64,000 bases of DNA from Octopus vulgaris (GCA_951406725.2 OX597824.1:66712001-66776000); one strand, 5' to 3'; positions 25,264 to 38,428 are shown, counted from the first letter of the stretch. The notes: generated by a model not told the origin, from the sequence alone. Program-made: numbers and translations.

Positions 25264-25295
25264 CATACATACATGCATACATATATATGTGTGTA
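24415..25295. repeat. ~880-bp palindrome of an AT-rich dispersed repeat plus mirrored microsatellites
   Basis: 24590-24835 is the reverse complement of about 24885-25130; the flanking (TA)/(TATG) patterns are mirrored too. Confidence 0.85.
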
Positions 25296-25311
25296 TATAT
25301 ATATATATATA

Positions 25312-25360
<49 letters not shown>

Positions 25361-25361
25361 G

Positions 25362-25392
<31 letters not shown>

Positions 25393-25955
25393 CACATACA
25401 CCCACACCAATTTTTTCCATCAATCTTTCAATTATAAAGTATGTGCTTGCATACATATATATGCACACATATAAACATATAAACACACATATAAACCTCT
25501 ACATTTGTACACACATGCACATGTATACATACATTCACTTACACACACACACACACGCACACACACACAGACAATTACATATATATACAATACATGCACA
25601 CATACATACACACGTACAAACACACACAGATTCAGATACACACCAATACATATACATACACACAATATATACCTACACGCGCACGCATACATACAAATAC
25701 GTACACACATATAAGCACAGACACACGCACACACATACACACAAAAACATGCGCACACATACGCATGCACACATGGATCTTTCCTTCTCCTCTGTTTCCG
25801 ATGAAGAGCTCCGCTTGAAACGTTAAACCCTCCTTCTTCCCTTCTTTCCTGAGCGTCCAATAATACTATATTTGTTCCACGTCCTCGCGTTGTTGTGTTT
25901 TTTTTGCTTTTTCTTGTTTGGATTAACTATGTAAGTATATATTTATATATGTATA

Positions 25956-26008
<53 letters not shown>

Positions 26009-26166
26009 TTGCGTCGGAAATTAATTAGCACTTCTCAAATTTCTACATTTTCTTACATTTTCTTAATTTAATTAACTTATTATCAGAAACGAACTCGTTT
26101 TTAATCAAAAATTTATTAAAACATATCCCAGCACACCACATAATTGTTATTAATCGTGAAATTTAG

Positions 26167-27164
26167 TCAATATCTTGTTGCTCCTCCTTTGGCAGCAATG
26201 ACAGCTGCTACGCGGGTTGGCATGCTGTCTATGAGTGCCTGCAGGTACTGTGCAGGGATGGCCCCCCATGCAGCAAGAAGTGCCCCAAACAGCTCGTGTC
26301 GGTTCCTGTATTGCTGCACATTCAAATCCCTACCCAATCGACTCCAGAGGTTCTCAATAGGGTTCAGGTCAGGTGATTGGCCAGGCCAGTCCATGACTGT
26401 CACCCCATGGTCCTTGAAGAAACCGGTTGTGAGCTTGGCTGTGTGTGAAGGCACGTTGTCCTGCTGGAGCACGTACTCCTCGCCACCAAAGAGGTATCCC
26501 GTACTATCTCAACGTACTTTGCTGCGTTGATGTTGCCTTCGACGGCATAGAGCCGCCCAACACCACTGTAGCTGAATGCCCCTCACACCATCAGACCACC
26601 CCCACCATGCTTCATGGTGGGAGCAAGGCAGTCTTTGTTGAAGCGCTCACCCCTGCGGCGTCGCACATGGACAGGCTTATCACTGATGAGACTGAATCGC
26701 GACTCGTCAGTGAACATCACTGTCCGCCACTGCTGCACAGTCCATGTCTTGTGGGCACGGGCCCAGAGCAGCCGCCTCTTCCGGTTTTGGGCTGTAAGGA
26801 GCGGCTTACGGGCAGCCCTACAGGATTTTAGACCAGCTTCCAGTAATCTGGTCTTGACGGTGGTTGTAGACAACTGCTTCCCTGTCATCTTTTGCATCTC
26901 CTCCGCCAGTTACCGGCTCGTTGCCCTTCGGTTGTACAGTGACATTCGGATCAGCATCCGGTCCTCCCGCTGGGTCGTCAGCCTCTTCCGTCCCCTACCC
27001 TTTTTGTCAGCTGCTGATCCAGTTTCCTCGTATTTCTTAAATAAGCACTGAATTGTGCGCCTGGCTACACCAAGTTTTCTGGCTATTGCAACCTCCAACA
27101 GCTTCCCACGCCACGAGAGAGCCTCGTACCATCTCTCCAAGGTCATGCGAGGTCTTGGGCCCAT
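26167..27164 (-). pseudogene. Disabled Tc1 transposase
   Basis: HTH, GRGRKR, RKPLL, FTDES, QQDN-x34-E (WPGQSPDLNPIENLW); in-frame stops at 26910 and 26583 and a frameshift before 26472. Confidence 0.92.
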
Positions 27165-27323
27165 CTAGGAATGAACGATAAAAACCAGTTATTTTCATTA
27201 AAACTATTCATTTGAATAATGTTATGCTATAACAAAACTGCTATGAGTTATTATTCATTAAACAAAAAAGAAAGAAAGCAGAATTTCTCACCTTATTTGA
27301 TGTATAACAGAAAGTTTTGTGAA

Positions 27324-27338
27324 CCGGAAGTGACGTCA
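27324..27338. promoter_or_regulatory. Overlapping ETS-CRE motif CCGGAAGTGACGTCA upstream of the Tc1 transposase leader
   Basis: Exact CCGGAAGT overlapping palindromic TGACGTCA; function untested. Confidence 0.45.
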
Positions 27339-27716
27339 CCAAGCAGAGTGTAGGAGAATTTGTGAGGAAAAAAAATCTTGCAAATACACAAATCAATTAA
27401 CCTACGAGCTGTTCGAAATGTCTTACGCGATGAGAAAACTTAGTACGGTGTGATTTCGGTCCTTGCGAGGCGCTACCTATATCTATTAAACAAAGGAAGA
27501 TTTGTCTGCATCCGCACTCCAAGTTGTTGTTGCACTGCTATGTCAACATCATTAGGCTGTAGACTCTCAAACCGCTCTGCAAACAAAGTTACGTCATCGT
27601 TCTGCGCAACAGTGAACTCGCAACAGAGCAATAGTTCGAGATATGGCCACTAGGTGACAGCAAATACCTTGAGTGAAGAGCAAATCAAGGGTGCTAATTA
27701 ATTTCTGACGGTAGTG

Positions 27717-27751
<35 letters not shown>

Positions 27752-28778
27752 ATATATATATACATACACACATATATATATATACATATATATATACACA
27801 TAAAATTTGTGGAAAGAAACTGTGTGAAAGCCCATCGCATGTGTGTGTTTGTGCATGTGTGTGTGTTTGTGCTTGTGTCCCCTACCCTGCTTGACAATCA
27901 GTGTTGGTTTGCTTATGTTCCAGTGTGTCCCAGTAACTTAACGATTGTGCAAAAGAAACCATTAGAATGAGAACCAAACTTAAAATAAGCATTAAGGTTG
28001 ATTTGTTTAACTAAACTCTTTATGGTGGTGTCCCAGTATGACCAATGACTGAAACAATTAAAAAATATAAGATAAAATTGATAAAGACAATAATATACCT
28101 ATTTCTTTACTACCCAGAAGGGGCTAAGCACAGAGGGGACAAACAAGGACAGACAAACAGATTAAGTTGATTACATCGACCCCAGTGCGTAACTGGTACT
28201 TATTTAATCGACCCAGAAAGGATGAAAGGCAAAGTCAGCCTCGGCGGAATTTGAACTCAGAACATAATGGCAGACGAAATCCCACTAAGCATTTCACCCG
28301 ACGTGCTAACGTTTCTGCCAGCTCACCTCCTTAAGACAATAATATACCAATGTGAAACCAATATTATAGTTGACTGGCAGTGTGCTGGCAGAATTGTTAG
28401 CATGCTGGACAAAATGCTGAGTGGCATTTTGTCGGTCTTAACATTCTGAGTTCAAATTCCACCAAGGCCAACTTTGCTTTCATCCCCTTCAGGGTCAATA
28501 AAATTAGTACAAGTTGAGTAGTGGAGTTGATATAATCAAATTGCACCAACACCGAAATTACTGGCCTTGTACCAAAACATGAAATCAATATGAGGGTTGA
28601 CTAGTTAGTAACACAGTGTACTATCCCGATTCTCACCCTTTCCCTGATTACCCACCTTCAAATTTACTTTCTTCCCTTATGTTATATTTATATTATTCTA
28701 ATATAAGTACTGAGTCTATGATAATGGGTGTCATTTGTACTTTAACACAAGAATTATACATACATACATATATTATAC

Positions 28779-28854
<76 letters not shown>

Positions 28855-28881
28855 TTATATATGTGTGTATGTATGACTGTA

Positions 28882-28929
<48 letters not shown>

Positions 28930-29789
28930 CATACATGCATACATACACACACATATATACATACATTCATACATACATACATACATGGATACGTGTGAGT
29001 GTGTGTGTGTGTGTATGTGTCTGTGTGTGTATCTGTGCCTGTGTTTCTGTTTTGTATGATAAAAAAAAAGAAAAGAAATCAATGCTGTTTATGTTTTCTA
29101 CCCTTTTATGTTCACTAACTTAGCACTTCAACAAACATTGTTCAATGAAATGTGTATCTGATTAAAATAATTACTGAGGTTGATACAATCAATTAAAGCT
29201 TTGAATGCAGTACCTCACCATAGCTGTGCAGTCAGTGATTGAAAGCAGTGAAAGAATAACAGAAAGCTCCTTGTAATTACTTTCCCATCAAATGTTTCAG
29301 CTGACTAAATCCTTTTATTAGTTCCGCATCACTAATTTCCCATCATTGATGTTATCTAGCCTCAGCTCAGCTCTAATGGACTAGATCTATGACCACAGGT
29401 TTTCCGGTTATTACCATCTGATCTCTTTTTCAGTTATATCTACTTAGAGTTGTTTTATCCAATGTGTCCTTCTCTTTCTAAGACAATGAGATATGATTTA
29501 GGAGAGATTTGACTGCCGCTTCTAGAAATGTGAACCACCATGTAGTGTCTCCTCACATTTGTTCAAGTTCCACATGGGTGACCCCTTCTGAAGTTTCCAA
29601 GCAGTTTAATAGTAAATGTTCCAGGTGACTAGTTGCAGCTGATTAGTTCTACATCAGTAGTTCCTCTTGACTAGTTTTACGCGGTTGGTTCCATTCAGTT
29701 AAATTGTTGTTTATTTGGGAAACACATATGGAAACAGGAGAAATGAGAAAAAATATATATGGATGTCAAGTATCATTGAGGTTTCACTT

Positions 29790-29849
<60 letters not shown>

Positions 29850-30356
29850 TTATTTACTATTTATCTACCTATTTGTCTATCTGTCTGTCTATCTTTCTCT
29901 GTCTGTCTGTCTCTTTATATATATATATACTCCAACGTCGCTTCACTGGCACCTGTGTCGGTGGCACATGTAAAAAGATTCGAGTGAGGTCATTGCCAGT
30001 ACTGCCTGACTGGCCCCCGTGCAGATGGCACGTAAAAAGCACCCACTACACTCTCGGAGTGGTTGGCATTAGGAAGGTCATCCAGCTGTAGAAACTCTGC
30101 CAGATCGAGACTGGAGCCTGGTGCAGCCATCTGGTTGCCAGCCCTCAGTCAAAACCGTTCAACCCATGCTAGCATGGAAAACGGACGTTAAATGATGATG
30201 ATGATGATATATATACAGTCACAATGAGGACATTCAAGCCTCTTATAGGGATATTTATCTAAGATACACTAGTTTAATACATTAAGTTTTGAAAAGATAA
30301 TCCTTCAATGAATATATTATAGAGAATATTGTAAGATATCAGACATTTTTATTAAA

Positions 30357-30851
30357 TTAGAAAACAAATATATCTAATGGATACAACTTAACTTATTAAT
30401 TAATCAACATATGAACCAACAATTGTTTCATTTCTCAAATAAGATTAAAATTACAAAACATATATAAAAATATACTTTTGCATTTTAAATACCTTATAAG
30501 GAAAATCGTCAGTGTTTCCAGAGGACAATAGGGATTAAATTAGGATACTTTCAGAATATACAGAATATAAAAACATATTTACTACGTGTGTATGTATATG
30601 TGCGTGTCTGTGTATGCATGTGTTAAAATCATTCCTTTTATTTCAATTCAATAATAGTAATATTAACAATCATGAATGATGGGTTAAATAATATATGGGT
30701 AAATTAATACAATGAACCAAAGAAAGTAAAAGTAAAGGAAAATAAAAATTAAATTTCTATTCATGGAATAAAGTATAATAAAATAAAAGTGAAATAAAAT
30801 TTATACCTATGTTTGCACATGTGTGTGCATATATGCACCTATGTACATGCA
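30357..30851 (+). repeat. Segment A, direct duplicate of 36916-37399
   Basis: Collinear non-SINE sequence (ctaatggatacaa..cttataaggaaaatcgtcagtg..gggtaaattaata). Confidence 0.85.
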
Positions 30852-31738
30852 TCATCTAATCATCCCTCTAGAAATATTAATTGAAATTTAAACGAAATCA
30901 TGAACAGAAAGTCCTCCCCTCCCTCCCTCTATCCATCTATCCATCCATCTCTCTCCTCTATATTTGGGAGGGTCTTGGGGATAGAGTCCTCAGGCACTTC
31001 CTCCATAGGGTCCTAACAGAAGCAACTGTCATTAGACATTCTTTGATGAGCATCTGCTAGATGCTTGGAAAAAAGATTTAAGGAAATTACCAACCCAAAT
31101 CTAACTGAAGCACAGTGTGTCTCCCTTCCTGGATGTTGCACAATTGACCTGATGTTGACCCTATATTCTTGGAAATATTGCCAAGAGGTGTATGCTTTCT
31201 TTGTAGACCTTGAGGTTTATGACCTCATACCATGGGAGCTACAACTCAAACTGAAAATAAAAATTAATTTGAAATTTTATCCAACTCTCTCCTCATCCAC
31301 ATCAAGAAAGCTCTAAGAAACACATCAGGCACTCCTTTTACTGCTAAATTTAAATGAAACATCAATTAAGTGAAAATGAAAATACAGAGAAAGAGAAAAT
31401 GTAAATCAATGTCAGAATTAAATGTTAGCCAGAAAATATATTAAGATGAAATTTTTAAATGAAATATAAATGCTATGAAACTGCAGTATTACATGAACTT
31501 CAAATGAAACCCAAAACAGGAATCTAAACATAAACTTGGACTCAAATTTTAACTAAAACAAATCCAAACTTGGATGCAGACACGGTTGTATGTTTAAGAA
31601 GTCTGTTTCCAAATCACGTGGTTTTGGATTCTACCCTACTGTGAGTTACTTTGGGCATGTACTTCTACTATAGCCCTGTATCAACCAAAGCCTTGTGAAT
31701 GCATGAGGCAGATAAAAACTGAAAGAAGCCCATTATAC

Positions 31739-31791
<53 letters not shown>

Positions 31792-32366
31792 CACATATAT
31801 CCTGAGACCCCCTAAAGTCATGGCTGACCATGGGATTGCATCTAGAAAGTTACCCTCCCAGGCACAAGTCCGGCCAAGGTTGTTTATGGAAGACCAGCAG
31901 TCACCCATACATACCAGCCTCCCTTCTCCATGGTACCAAGGGAAAGGCAAAGGCCTATATAGCTTGGCACCTGTGATGTCACAACTCATTTTTACTGCTG
32001 AGTGAACTGGAGCAACGTAAAATAAAGTGTCTTGCTCAAGAACACAACATGCAGCTCTGTCCGGGATTTGAACTCACAACTTCACGATTGTAAGCTTGAC
32101 GCTCTAACCACTGAACCATGCACCTTCACACACACATATATACATACATGAAAGGGTGCTGAAAATCTCCTGGCTTTAGGTAAAATAAAATTCAGGAGGA
32201 TCAGTTAATTATGGCTTTATTCAGGATATTCTTTTCTCAGATTCACACACTTATTGCAGCAGCCCTTCAGTTTTTCTAAGCCCTGTGAAAGAACTTAAAA
32301 ATTTGAGCCTCCAATCAGACTTTTTGCGATACCCTTAAAGCCAGGAACTTTTCAGAAACCCATCAT
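30851..32366 (+). repeat. Segment B, inverted duplicate of 42582-44191; contains an RT relic (31065-31240) and a mariner-type MITE (about 32148-32360)
   Basis: ORFs 31065-31316(+) and 43735-43986(-) are near-identical; flanks are collinear in reverse. Confidence 0.9.
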
Positions 32367-32481
32367 CATCATCATCATATATGTATATATATATAATAAT
32401 AATTATTTGAAGGAATATTAATCCTAACTTACAGGGAAAAATTCAATTTAGAAATACTAAATCGAATTTCACACAATATAA

Positions 32482-32544
<63 letters not shown>

Positions 32545-32743
32545 TACAAAATTAGAGAATGGAGAAACATACTTAAATCAGTAAAACATCAACTATCCGA
32601 TGATACTCAATCCATACTTTAATACACCATTACATATGAGTAAAGGCAATATATAAAATGAAATGAGATATACAGTAATAGTAAAAGTAAAAAGATAAAG
32701 AGATATAAGTAAAAAATTACAAATATAATATGCAAATAAATCA

Positions 32744-32858
32744 AAACTGACAGCTGTTTCGGCAGTGAGGACAGTCATACCTCATTTAACCTATAAGCCA
32801 TAAAGGCAGGTATAAATGAGGCATTAACAAGGATGTCCCACGGCCTCTTCAGAGAATT
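32744..32858 (-). ncRNA. Hammerhead ribozyme motif with an extended stem II
   Basis: Minus strand: ct-CTGAAGA-ggc..(~85-nt hairpin)..gcc-GAAA-cagct-GTC-ag. Confidence 0.65.
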
Positions 32859-33193
32859 AAATTAAATTTGTTATAATAGTGAAAAATATTATATAATCAT
32901 ATACATATAAATATAAAAATATAAAAATGTAAAATATAAAAACTTATACATCATAATGCTACACTTATATAATATAATACACATTTGTACAAAAGGAAGG
33001 TAAACAGAACAAAATAAAACAAAATATATAACAGTGTATATATTAATATTAATAAGTACCGATATTATACATATTTGGCTAATAGTTTTTTTTATAAAAA
33101 AAAGGGCTAACACATATGGAGATGAAAAATAATAATTAAATCCGTGGTACAGTTCATAAAATTCTAAAGCTATAAAAGTTAATAAAAATTACT

Positions 33194-33240
<47 letters not shown>

Positions 33241-34975
33241 TAATAATAATAAAAAAATACTAAAAATAGATACAGTTAAGTTAGCACCAAGTCCATCCTT
33301 TCAAGATCGAAATAACTATGAGTTAAGAAATGCTGACCACTAGGTAAAGAAAATTTAGATTAATTCGATTGGCTATTGGTTTGAAATTTAAATCACAAAA
33401 GAAAATTATACGGTTGGTTAGTCAAGGAACGCCAATATTCACACACGCATCTACAGATCAATCGCACATACACACATAGTTATATGTATATACATACACT
33501 TATACACATACATAATCACAAGCAACAACTAGCACTTAAATAAACAAAAAAGGGAAGCAACTATGCTAACATTTAGTCCTTCAAAATTATAACTGAGCCT
33601 CAATAACAAAAAAAGAACCATCCATGCATTCCATAAAATATTTAATTTAGATATAAATATATTTTTAAATATCAGTATGTTACTAATTCAGATAATTATT
33701 TCATGGGTAACTTAAAATTTATAACACCGGTTTGTTACAGAGTAAACATACGGTTGTTAGGTTTATCGTAAGTTTGTTATGATTTTAAGTACGCTAAATT
33801 ATAAAATATAAAATATAAAATATATATTAATTTAAATATTATAAATAAGTCACTTATTAACTTAATAAATATAGTGCCATAATATACCAGTTTAGGCATT
33901 AAAGAATAGAAGGGGAAGTATTAATGTAAACGCTTATGAGAACATCACAGAAATTTTAAATAAATTTTATATTATAAAGACTTAAGATGAGAAGAGATAA
34001 AATAAATAAAAAGGAATAAATACGAAGGAATAAATACGGTTATACACATAATTATAAGTACAAACTAGTATATATGTATTCATATATTATTAAAATTAAA
34101 TAAAAATAAATGATAGATATGTATGTATAAAACTACACCAGTATAAGTAAATAAGTAAAAAATAAATAGGTAACAAATTAGATGACTTGATATGTATGTA
34201 AACATCTACACTTAAATAGGCAAATAAATAAATGAATAGAAGACTAGATGCAAAGATTGATAATATTACAATAAAATGGGAAATAAATAAAAATAAATAA
34301 AGTGAATATATATATTTTATATTGTTGAAAGTAAATATGTATGGAAGGATAGTTTAAAGTACATATCCAGAGGACTATAGATATAAACTAAATATATGAG
34401 GCTGGTAATAATTATAAAGCAAAATGCATGTAAATGAGAAAATGAAAAAAAAAAAATGAAAAAGGTTTATCAGTGAATAGCATAAGATACAAATTAAGGT
34501 GAGTACAAAAAGACCAAATATATAATAAAAACCTTCCAAATAAACACATACAAAAAACCTATAATCTCAACCTAAACCCACCAAACTCACAAAAGTCTCT
34601 CATATATTACATATTATACAATATCATTACATTATCTAGAGCTAGGTATCTAACCAAGATATACATATATACTATGCAATATACTATGCAATATTGGAAA
34701 ACTTCAAAAATCACACATTACAAGGCAAATACCAAAATGAATATGCTATTTTATGTCATATTGCATTTCTCTTAAAAAAACAAACAAAAACCCACATACA
34801 AAAACCAAGAAACCAATAATACTAGACACATCCATTAATTATTATACAAATGTAGCTATAAAAATTATAAAATTATGAAATTTATAAATTGTATACTTTA
34901 GAATTATAGAAGACCACAGGTATATTTAGTTAAAGAAGGGAATTAAAAAATTAATAATAGTGGAAGTGCTAAGTT

Positions 34976-36295
34976 CTATTTGAATCTAGAAAAGGTGAAC
35001 GGTAGCCTATGAATACAAAAGAAGTTTTTCTCATTAATGTTGTTAATAATTTGCCGACCCGCTTTAATAATGAAGAAAATTTCATTAATACATAGAGAGC
35101 ATTTTTAATTTTTTCCATTATATACAGGTGCTGAAGTTAGTATTTTCCAGTTTAATCTAAAATCTAAGTTCTTACTTTTAAGATCCCAAATGTATGCACT
35201 TAGCCCTGTAGAGTACATTCTATTTTTATTCCTAAAAGTATATCTGTGATAATTCCATCTTTGTTTTATGCTATTCATAGTTGCCCCGATATACACCCTA
35301 CTACTCAATTGTGTATCTACAGTGCATTGGTAAACTACCTCCTTCCTGAGGCATTGATTACCAAATACACATTTATTTTTATTTCTGCAATTACAAAGAT
35401 TAACAGAATGAGGAAATCTAAGATTGGACACCACCCCTATACTATTATTCACATTATAAGTGTTACAATTGTTATCATCATCCAAACCCAAAATCAACGA
35501 ATGAGTTAATTTCACATTATCGGCTATATTCCTATCACTAGTACTAGTATTGGTAGTAGTAGTATGATCTATTACATTTATATTATCTCTGACAGGTATG
35601 GTGCACTCATTATTAGTAAGGAGGTTGTTCCCATTTGTTCCAAGAAAATTTCTATTCCTATTATTAATGAAGAGGGGCAAGTTTTCCTGGTCTAAATTCA
35701 ATTTTCTATCCTTATAGAAGTGATCCAGTTTCTTGTTATTAAAAGAGGAGATAATGGTGGCTAGATTATGAGTAATGCTATATCCCACTCTAACAGTACC
35801 GTTGTTAATTAAAGGACTAAATTTATTCCTATCCTTACCAAAATGCCTAAAAATAACATTATGCAAAGCTCTCACTATGTTTGTTTTAATCTGCATTGCA
35901 TACGGGATAATCAACCAAAGAGTATCCTTATCAGAATTAGGATTGCCTATAGAATTAATGTTATTTGTAAAAATCCTATTCGTAGACCAACTCATAGGAT
36001 TACTATTCTTACCACTGTTATTATTATATCTATCTATATCAATATTACCATGGTTATTGCGCAAGTAAACTTTACCATTATCATGTCTACCATAAGTTTT
36101 AATTCGTATATTATTATTAATATTACTACTATTACCCGTATGCTTAGATCTATTTGAGCTACCGTTCACCTTTCCAAGGTTAACGTCACTTCTACATTTA
36201 TTATAGGTGTTATCATATATTCTATTTTTACTATTCTTATGTATATTGTTGATTATCCCAAATCTATTTGTGTTGTTCCTGATAGTTCTACCTCC
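34976..36295 (-). pseudogene. PLE polyprotein C-terminus: RT thumb, Asn-rich linker, Cys knuckle and GIY-YIG endonuclease
   Basis: LIIPY..IKTNI..RHF..INNGTVRVGYS..NL..IISSFN; CNCRNKNKC..QC; VVYQC..VYIG..KQRWNYH..GLSAYIW..W.IL..CSLCINE..CIH; one internal TAA at 35105. Confidence 0.88.
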
Positions 36296-36455
36296 ATATA
36301 TATATATATATATATATATATATCAAAATTAGAAAAAAACACCTTTTAGATTTATATTTATATTGAAGTAATTTTAATATTTCTGTTATATGTAATTTTC
36401 TAGCTGGTGTAATTTAATTGTTCATTTTGAATTGATAAAAGGTGGGTTTTTTCTA

Positions 36456-36523
<68 letters not shown>

Positions 36524-36574
36524 GATGTACTTGCATAGCAAGTGATTTGATCTGAGATCGTGTGCTGAAACGAA

Positions 36575-36868
36575 AACAATTGCAGGGCGGAAGGTGTTTG
36601 TAAGCCATTTAAGAAACACACAAAAGCCGTTCGATTCACTTCAACATTTAAGTTTAATTTGTCAAAATATTTTCATCACTAAAATCCGCGATCTGTTCAC
36701 TGACAAAAATCCGTGCTGCATCTGATGCAGCACGGATTTTTGTCAGTGAACAGGTTGCGGATTTTAGCGACGAAAATATTTTGACAAATTAAACTTAAAT
36801 ATTGAAGTGAATCGAACGGCTTTTGTGTGTTTCTTAGATGGCTTACAAACACCTTCCAAGCTGCAATT

Positions 36869-36872
<4 letters not shown>
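36575..36872. repeat. ~300-bp near-perfect palindrome centred near 36723
   Basis: aaacaattgcag...ccgtgctgcatc-t-gatgcagcacgg...ctgcaattgttt. Confidence 0.9.
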
Positions 36873-36915
<43 letters not shown>

Positions 36916-37404
36916 TTAGAAAACAGAGAGAACTAATGGATACAAATTTACTTATTAATTAATCAACATGTTAACCGACAGTTGTTTAATTTCTCAAATA
37001 AGATTAAAATTACAAAACATATGTAAAAATATACATTTGCCTTTTAAGTACCTTATAAGGAAAATCGTCAGTGTTTTCAGAGGACAATAAAGATTGCATT
37101 AGAATACTTTCGGAATATACAGAATATATTAACATGTTTACTATTCATGTATATAAATGTGTTTGTGAGTATGCATGCTTTAAAATTATTCCTTTTATTT
37201 CAATTCAATAATAATTAACAACCATGAACGATGGGTTAAATAATATATGGGTAAATTAATATAACAAACCAAAGAAAGTAAGAGTAAAGGAAAATAAAAA
37301 CAAAATTTCTTTTCATGGAATAAAATAAAGTAAAAGTGGAACCAAATATAAGCTTATGTTTGTACAAGTTTGTGCATATATGTGCCTATGTACAAGCATA
37401 GAAG

Positions 37405-37453
<49 letters not shown>

Positions 37454-38393
37454 GTATGTATAGATATATATACACATACATACATACACATACACACACA
37501 CACACATGCACATGCAACAAATATGAATGTCATTATGTATTTGTACTGGAATATATGTTTCTTTCCAATTTACTCCTTTAGATATATAGATTGATTTATA
37601 TATGAGCAGAGATAAATAAAGATAAGATAAAAATGAAATAAAATAAAAAAATGAAATAAAATAAAAAAAGTATAAAGAATATAAAATAAATCAAAAATCA
37701 AAAATAAAATGAATATAAAAATAGTGAGTAAAAATGGAATAAATTAATAGTAAATAAAGCAGAAATAAAATAAATAAAATAAAATAGAATGTATAAAAGT
37801 GAAACAAACTGAAATAAATCCGTGCATTTTTATGTGGCTCTGTGGTAAGTAGCTTGCTTGCCAACCACATGGTTCTGGGTTCAACCCACTGTGTGGTACC
37901 TTAGGCAAGTGTTATCTACTATAGCCTTGGGCTGACCAAAGCGTTGTGAGTGGATTTGGTAGACAGAAATTGAAAGAAGCCTGTCGTATACATGCATACA
38001 TACACACACGCACATACACACCAATCGAATAAATACTAAGCTTACAAAGAATAAGTCCTGTAGTCAATTTGTTCAACTAAAGGTGGCGCTCCAGCATGGC
38101 TGCAGTCAAATGACTGAAACAAATAAAAGAATATGAGTGTGCTGATACATATATGCATCTAAATGCTCTGAGCTTAGTTTTTCCTTGGGGCTGGCCGGAT
38201 TGGAGCAATCTCAACATTAATCAGCCGAAATTGCATGGATGATCTGGTTCTTGACTGAAGATAAAAGGTTTCAAATGACCCATCGTGTTATTTTGTATCA
38301 TCTATCTGGATGTTTTGTTGTCCCCTTTTGTATCACCTAGTTGTCTGGATGTTTTGCGCTCTTGTCCCATTTTGTATTTTATTTTTGTTCTCT

Positions 38394-38428
<35 letters not shown>

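Larger units (their letters stand above)
26006..27716 (-). mobile_element. Full-length Tc1 DNA transposon (DD34E)
   Basis: 26-bp TIRs CACTTGCGTCGGAAATTAATTAGCAC / CACTACCGTCAGAAATTAATTAGCAC (3 mismatches), flanked by TA inside (TA)n. Confidence 0.95.
32544..36295 (-). mobile_element. 5'-truncated Penelope-like retroelement inserted in (TA)n
   Basis: RT-thumb and GIY-YIG coding relic, ~2.4-kb T-rich 3' region, hammerhead near the 3' end, (TA)n on both sides. Confidence 0.85.

Noticed and set aside
31065-31316. Duplicated 83-aa gene pair (with 43735-43986)
   Set aside because: Decayed RT fragment (AQC..PG..TID..FVDL..YD) copied with the inverted duplication.
35105-35107. Recoded stop (selenocysteine, as in Naiad PLEs)
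   Set aside because: The codon is TAA, not TGA, and the endonuclease is C-terminal; an ordinary nonsense mutation is more likely.
38230-38290. CTGAAGA and GAAA motifs suggesting another hammerhead
   Set aside because: Motifs are in the wrong order and no convincing stems form.
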